This document shows positions 18,419-23,114 of a stretch of DNA of 23,114 bases, piece by piece. Made by a program: the position numbers and the translations under genes. Source of the DNA: Armatimonadota bacterium. Lineage in GTDB: Bacteria > Armatimonadota > Armatimonadia > Armatimonadales > Armatimonadaceae. How positions within the stretch are numbered: position 1 is the first letter of the stretch; the number at the start of each line of letters is the position of its first letter. The DNA is taken from assembly GCA_043754515.1 (NCBI GenBank), contig JAYUUO010000276.1:1-23114 (forward strand), read 5' to 3'. The notes under the pieces are model-generated. The model did no database searches. It saw nothing but the letters and a program-made list of their open reading frames with translations, and had not been told where the DNA came from.

Positions 18419-20293
18419 ATGGCTTCACGGATTGTTCGGGCCGGTGTCTTGTTCTGCTTTCTGCTCGGGCTTACACTCGCGCCGCCGGTCGCGGCGCAAA
18501 CGGTGCATTGGGAGAAGTACCCGACCTGGCGCATATCCCGCGAGGGCGACCGGGCCGCGAAGGAGCAGAGGCGCGCCGATTGGGTTGATCTAAAAAGCGG
18601 CGAGTCGGGGACGCGCGTCGTGCTAACCGCCGACCTGCGGAACGCGGACGCGACCCTGATCACAAACCGGTCGTTCGGCGCGCAACGATTAGCGACCGAA
18701 TCCGTGGCGATTGCTACCTGTCTCGCGCTCCCCGAGACGAGCGTCATCATGCGGGAGGGGCGAAAAGTCATCGCGGCGGATCTGGAGTTCAACGGCTACA
18801 TCCGGCAGGGAGGGCGACGAAGTTCCTTCTTCACGCTGAATCTCGCCGGATTACGCGACGCGCTCCAGGCGTCCGCGTTACCACGCCCGATCACCATCTT
18901 CGTGTCCGAAGATCCGGGGCAGGTGACGGTGGCGACCCTCTCCGCCCCCGAGCGGCGTGACCGCCCCGTCGGAGACGCTTTCTTCGCCCTAAGCAACATC
19001 CCGGACGGCGCGGCAATCCGGTACCGCTCCCACATCCCGTGGTATGGGTATCTGGGCGTGTGCTTTCTTCTCGGTCCCCTCTTGGTCATCCCCTTGAGCG
19101 AGTGGTGGGGATATCACGGTCGCCGAAAGGCACGACGGAAACTCCGGGGGGGTGTCCCGGCGGCGAATTTTGTTCCCGATCCGGCGACCGTGCAGGAGCA
19201 ATACAACAAGCAAAAGCCGTTCTGGCTTTTGTCGCTGATCCTCCCTGGGGCGGCCATCGCGCTACTTTTGAGCGGCTGGTTTTTCAAAGGGCTTTACGCC
19301 GCACTCGCCACGATCCAATTTTCGGGAGTCCCGATTCCGGTTATTTCGATGCCCGCGCTTCTGTTCCTGGGCATAACTCGTTTCGTCATTACGCAGATAG
19401 AGAAGGCGGAGGTAAAGCGTGAGGGTTCGGACGCCGTCCCGATCCCGTTCCCGCAAGATGCCGAAGATAGTGTTCCCAATTGGACGCGTGTCGGATTTCT
19501 CTACCCGATGACGGGGATGGCGGTTGTGCTCCTGGTTATAAGTGGCTTCATGGGTTCCATCATGGGCCACCTGAACCGTTTGTCTCCTAACGCGGCGTGG
19601 TATGCCTACGCCGCGTTCATCACCGTCGGAGTCACCGCCACCGTTCTGATAGCAGTGTGTGCCCGCCGCGTGACACATCACGCGTTGCCACCCGACCACT
19701 TCGCGGCCTCCCTCGTTCAACAGATGGTGCGCGATGCCGGGGTGCGCGTACGAAAGATCGAGGTCGTCCGGACGCGGGAAGTGAACGCCTACGTCAATCT
19801 CTGGGGGACGATGGGCTTTACAACCCGGTTGTTGCGCGAGTTCTCGCCGGACGAACTGCGCGTGGTGATCGCGCACGAGATCGGGCACTTCCGAGCCGCC
19901 GACCCGCGCCGAAACCTGCTGATTAGCCTGTTGCTCACCTCGGCACTTGTGGCGGCGGGCTTCTTCGGGCGCATCTGGATCGAGTCGCACTACAAACTGT
20001 CTCACGATCAGAGGGTGCTCTTAAACACACCCTTCTTCGCCATCTTCGTCATGCCGCTCCTGACGACGTTGCTCGTCGGGAGGGGACGTCGTCGCGCGGA
20101 AGAGTTAGCCGACCGGTTCGCGGTTGACAGCACGGGCGGCGACGGCGAGTTCGTGATCGCGACGTTGACTAAACTGCACACGCTGAACGCCATGCCGCAT
20201 CAACTCAAGCCGAGCGACGAGTTGCTGAGTAGCCACCCGTCACTCGCGAACCGCGTCGCCGCGATCCGCCGCTACATGGGGGAGAAGGGATAA
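18419..20293 (+). CDS. M48 family (HtpX/Ste24-like) membrane zinc metalloprotease with N-terminal exported domain
   Basis: VNAY, ELRVVIAHEIGH (HExxH), EELADRFA and SHPSLANRV. Signal peptide and multiple TM helices. Confidence 0.9.
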   Translation: MASRIVRAGVLFCFLLGLTLAPPVAAQTVHWEKYPTWRISREGDRAAKEQRRADWVDLKSGESGTRVVLTADLRNADATLITNRSFGAQRLATESVAIATCLALPETSVIMREGRKVIAADLEFNGYIRQGGRRSSFFTLNLAGLRDALQASALPRPITIFVSEDPGQVTVATLSAPERRDRPVGDAFFALSNIPDGAAIRYRSHIPWYGYLGVCFLLGPLLVIPLSEWWGYHGRRKARRKLRGGVPAANFVPDPATVQEQYNKQKPFWLLSLILPGAAIALLLSGWFFKGLYAALATIQFSGVPIPVISMPALLFLGITRFVITQIEKAEVKREGSDAVPIPFPQDAEDSVPNWTRVGFLYPMTGMAVVLLVISGFMGSIMGHLNRLSPNAAWYAYAAFITVGVTATVLIAVCARRVTHHALPPDHFAASLVQQMVRDAGVRVRKIEVVRTREVNAYVNLWGTMGFTTRLLREFSPDELRVVIAHEIGHFRAADPRRNLLISLLLTSALVAAGFFGRIWIESHYKLSHDQRVLLNTPFFAIFVMPLLTTLLVGRGRRRAEELADRFAVDSTGGDGEFVIATLTKLHTLNAMPHQLKPSDELLSSHPSLANRVAAIRRYMGEKG

Positions 20294-20329
20294 GAAAAGC
20301 GGCGGGCGCGACTATCAGTCGCGCCCGCC
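20292..20329 (-). terminator. Intrinsic terminator between convergent genes
   Basis: Stem GGCGGGCGCGACT (20301-20313) / AGTCGCGCCCGCC (20317-20329), followed by GCTTTTCTT on the minus strand. Confidence 0.8.
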
Positions 20330-20390
20330 ACTCCTCAAACTGGTAGCTGGCACAAGCAGTGGGAGTCAGCACGCCGGTAATGGTCGGATC

Positions 20391-21474
20391 TCAACGCTTT
20401 TTGATCATTAGCCTGATGAGAGCGGCTATTAGACAAGCAATCACTATTGCGGAGATGATATAGCCTGTCCTCATTACCCGGTTCGAGCGTAATTCTCGTA
20501 GTCCATCCGACGTCTTCTTCGCGATCATGTGGCGAAGCCGCACGTCCTGTGGGGCCTTCTTCTTCGCTAGCTCCTCAAGCTCGGGTAGGGTCATGGGGTC
20601 GGAGGTCGTCTTCTTGAATACCACTTCCTGCCCATCCACGAAGAAGCTGATTACATACCCCTGCTCAATCTTCGGGGTATAATGATGCGACGTCTTGTCC
20701 GTCTTTTCCCGCGAGAAGCGTAACATGCGTCTCTGAATTAACTTTTCCTTTGTCGTCGTAGCCAAGATGGGTGGAATCCGACGCAACCCACACACCGGAT
20801 TTCAGTCTTGCCGGCTTCGTCATCATCATCTCCGTCACACATTTGCCATCGAGCCGCGTCAGACGCATTGACTTCGCTACATAGTCGTGGGCGGGATCGA
20901 AAACCACGGTCGCCTGAAGCCCCGCGAACGGAAACGACGCTTTGCTATCCCGTACAACTATGTCGGGGTGAATCAACGAGATACCACGCCCCTGGAACAG
21001 CATCGGACCGGGATATACTGTGAAGGCACGTGCATTCGCATAAATCACCCCGTTTAGCAACGTGCCTCTGCGCTCGACAACGAGGCTTGGCTTCGTCCCG
21101 ACGTCTGATAAAGACGGCGTGGTAAGGCTACAAAAGTAGGTGCCGTCGAATGACTCCCTGATTTCTGAACCACTCTTCTTATCAACCATACGCCGAACGA
21201 ACCGGTCCCCCACATACACTACTTCGACTTCGGACTTGATGACCGCGTCCTCCTTGCTCAGGGTGAAAGTCGTGTCGGCGGGTAAATTATCGGGAGGCGT
21301 CAGTAGGTCACGACTGAACAAGGTACGCGCGAACGTGAAGTGCCCCTTGGACAGGGTCTCGTCGCTCTTAGCTAGAGACTGAAAAACTGTTGTACTCTGC
21401 GCCGTAGCAGGTGACGACCAGCAAGAGGCAAAGGAACTCAATACTAGAAGAGTCAGTAGCTTGTGGATACACAT
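20391..21474 (-). pseudogene. Exported beta-rich hypothetical protein with C-terminal TM anchor, split by one frameshift (about 360 aa if joined)
   Basis: ORF 20665-21474 has a signal peptide (SPATA-QS). The overlapping frame ends in GYIISAIVIACLIAALIRLMIKKR. Deleting one base of the G4 run at 20674-20677 joins them as ...ASLYPKIEQGY... The exact site is uncertain. Confidence 0.7.
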
Positions 21475-21550
21475 TTGTTGGTTAGGGTGGCAATCTTTTA
21501 CCCCCCGACTTTCAGGGGAGAATATTGTGTCTCAAGTGGCATGAGGCCAC

Positions 21551-21593
21551 GGGCGTGACTTAGGGAGAATTTAACCCATCCTACGTCACGCCC
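21551..21593. promoter_or_regulatory. Intergenic stem-loop downstream of the Cys-rich small gene (attenuator or mRNA stabiliser)
   Basis: GGGCGTGAC-t-TAGG pairs with CCTA-c-GTCACGCCC. There is no U-tract. Confidence 0.6.
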
Positions 21594-21622
21594 ATTCAAG
21601 CAATAGCGGTTACGTTCAGCCT

Positions 21623-22018
21623 TTAGATACAGGTGATGTCGAACGTAATCGACACCTTATTAGTCGTACCTGAACCGACCCATCCTGTGTCTCTCACCTG
21701 ACCAACAGGAGCACAAGATACTCCACTATAGGTAGTAACCCGTTTTTTTAGAGTGACCGGTGACGTATTGCAGTAGATGCAACTCGCGAGTGCATTGGCG
21801 CAGGATTGTGACTTATCGGGGTTCCACTCTACTTTCGTAACTGTCTCACTGATCCGCTGACACCCTTGGGGTAGTAGCACCGTGTCCTCGGCAATCTGAT
21901 CACAACCATCGGCATGTGCCACTGTGTTCGTGGCAGTAGCAATGCACACTAATGTGGCGACCAGCAGGAACATTGCTGGTGCTATGGCACGGTTCTTTGG
22001 CTTTAGAATTTTAGATAT
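21623..22018 (-). CDS. Small secreted cysteine-rich protein (start ATA 22018 or ATG 21973)
   Basis: Signal peptide ending AHA-DG. The mature region has 7 Cys including CIYC. The in-frame upstream extension SKILKPKNR supplies a basic n-region and follows AGGA. Confidence 0.75.
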   Translation of the reverse strand: MSKILKPKNRAIAPAMFLLVATLVCIATATNTVAHADGCDQIAEDTVLLPQGCQRISETVTKVEWNPDKSQSCANALASCIYCNTSPVTLKKRVTTYSGVSCAPVGQVRDTGWVGSGTTNKVSITFDITCI

Positions 22019-22226
22019 TGTTTCCTATGAGTTGATCACCAGGGTTAACTACGATGTCTTTCGCGGAGCAAGCTGGCTGCGTCGGGTTTGTGTCGGCGTA
22101 TGCGTTGTCCCGTGCGCGGCACGGCCTCTTACCCGGTTCCGCAGGAGCCTTGGCGGCCTGTATAACCGCGCTCCCAAAAAGCAAGACAAGGACGACGAGC
22201 ATCACATGCAAACTAGTTCTTCTCAT
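22011..22226 (-). CDS. Very small secreted protein (71 aa, 2 Cys)
   Basis: Signal peptide MRRTSLHVMLVVLVLLFGSAVIQA. AGGGGG RBS. A sigma70-like promoter lies just upstream. Confidence 0.62.
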   Translation of the reverse strand: MRRTSLHVMLVVLVLLFGSAVIQAAKAPAEPGKRPCRARDNAYADTNPTQPACSAKDIVVNPGDQLIGNNI

Positions 22227-22269
22227 GGCACCCCCTGAAGTTGACGGTGCGGCGCGATTGCCGTTGGCG

Positions 22270-22297
22270 ATATTACCCCATCCCCGACCGTTGTCAA
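22270..22297 (-). promoter_or_regulatory. Sigma70-like promoter TTGACA-N16-TAATAT
   Basis: Perfect -35 at 22297-22292 and -10 at 22275-22270, about 45 nt upstream of ATG 22226. Confidence 0.6.
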
Positions 22298-22422
22298 GTC
22301 GCTACAATCTTTTTCTGAGCCACCTGAAAATCGTCACTGTCTGGGGGCCGGATGATGACCTCCACGCTACGTCGCATTTCTCACACCTTACCTAGGGGTA
22401 GCCACCGGCAGATGGGGATGCG

Positions 22423-22458
22423 AAAGAAAAACCGGGCACCGATCGCGTCGGTGCCCGG
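22423..22458 (-). terminator. Intrinsic terminator of the iscA-like gene
   Basis: 11-bp stem CCGGGCACCGA/TCGGTGCCCGG (22432-22458), followed by TTTTTCTTT on the minus strand. Confidence 0.88.
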
Positions 22459-22484
22459 CGTACATAAACTCGTGGTTGTGCTGG

Positions 22485-22946
22485 CTAGTGCGAACCGCAG
22501 GAGCCGCAACCGCCGCCCGCGCCGGTGTCTAAACCGTCCGCGCCCGCTTCGCCCGTGCTGAACGAGGAGCCGCACCCGCAGGACTTGACCGCGTTGGGGT
22601 TCTCGACCTTGAAGCCGCCGCCCATCGCCGTGGTCACGTAGTCAACCGTGGAGCCGAAGATATACTTCAGGCTCATGGCGTCAATCACGATCTCGACACC
22701 CCGGTCGGAGAAGAAGGCGTCGCCCTCCTCCGTGTTCTCGTCGAGTGCCATGCCGTACGACAGGCCCGAGCAACCGCCGCCCGCGACGTACACGCGGAGG
22801 CGAACACCTTCCGGGTTGCCCTGCTCCTCGAGAATATCGAGCACCGTTTGCGCGGCGCGGTCGGTCAATTCGACCGGCTGCTCGGTGGTCGGCGTGAACT
22901 TCTCGGTGGGCGTAGTCGCCAGCGAGTCCATAATTTCGGTAGACAT
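22485..22946 (-). CDS. A-type Fe-S cluster carrier (HesB/IscA/ErpA family) with Gly/Cys-rich tail
   Basis: LRVYVAGGGCSGLSYGM and NPNAVKSCGCGSSF. ATG 22946 with AAAGGA RBS. Confidence 0.93.
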   Translation of the reverse strand: MSTEIMDSLATTPTEKFTPTTEQPVELTDRAAQTVLDILEEQGNPEGVRLRVYVAGGGCSGLSYGMALDENTEEGDAFFSDRGVEIVIDAMSLKYIFGSTVDYVTTAMGGGFKVENPNAVKSCGCGSSFSTGEAGADGLDTGAGGGCGSCGSH

Positions 22947-23054
22947 AATCTTTGTTATCCTTTCGCGGCGGGCGCGTGAACCGTGGGGCGTCGCACCGGG
23001 CTTATCCTCTTCAAATCGTGGTATGATTGGCGACAAATCAGGTCGCTTAATGAG

Positions 23055-23083
23055 AGTATACCGCCCGCACCTGACGGCGGCAA
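23055..23083 (-). promoter_or_regulatory. Sigma70-like promoter TTGCCG-N17-TATACT for the iscA-like gene
   Basis: -35 at 23083-23078, 17-nt spacer, -10 at 23060-23055. Confidence 0.55.
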
Positions 23084-23114
23084 ACATTTCGATACCTGCT
23101 TTTCTACCTTTCCT

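Noticed and set aside
22011..22946. Functional link between the IscA-like gene and the Cys-rich small proteins
   Set aside because: They are separated by a strong terminator and an independent promoter, and the small proteins are exported.

Overview
GC-rich bacterial chromosome segment with about 22 genes and no rRNA, tRNA, CRISPR array or transposase. The DUF1501/WD40 content suggests an Armatimonadota- or Planctomycetota-like organism, which is only an inference. The left part (192-7710, minus strand) runs: ribbon-helix-helix-like protein, HNH nuclease, class II Fic protein, a TAG-interrupted membrane protein, two small diverged paralogous helix-hairpin-helix-like proteins (one with a twin-arginine leader), a Tat-type DUF1501 protein and a WD40+PA14 protein. 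Five of these genes are chained by 4-nt stop/start overlaps. The middle (7826-20293, mostly plus strand) holds gpmA, a cluster of REP-like palindromes, an L-arabinokinase-like GHMP kinase, a doubly frameshifted YhcG/DUF1016 nuclease, a KimA/YdaO-like APC transporter coupled to STAS-USP and TM-USP genes, an aldehyde dehydrogenase, a secreted esterase-like hydrolase and an M48 protease. The right end (20391-23083, minus strand) has a HesB/IscA gene with a Cys-rich tail. It is followed by a self-contained, visibly AT-richer unit (promoter, two small secreted proteins of which one is Cys-rich, an internal hairpin, a membrane-anchored exported protein, terminator). The best candidates for undescribed systems are this Cys-rich secreted-protein unit, the paired HhH-like genes and the KimA-STAS-USP-USP operon. 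Several single-base lesions occur only in accessory genes and may be sequencing errors.
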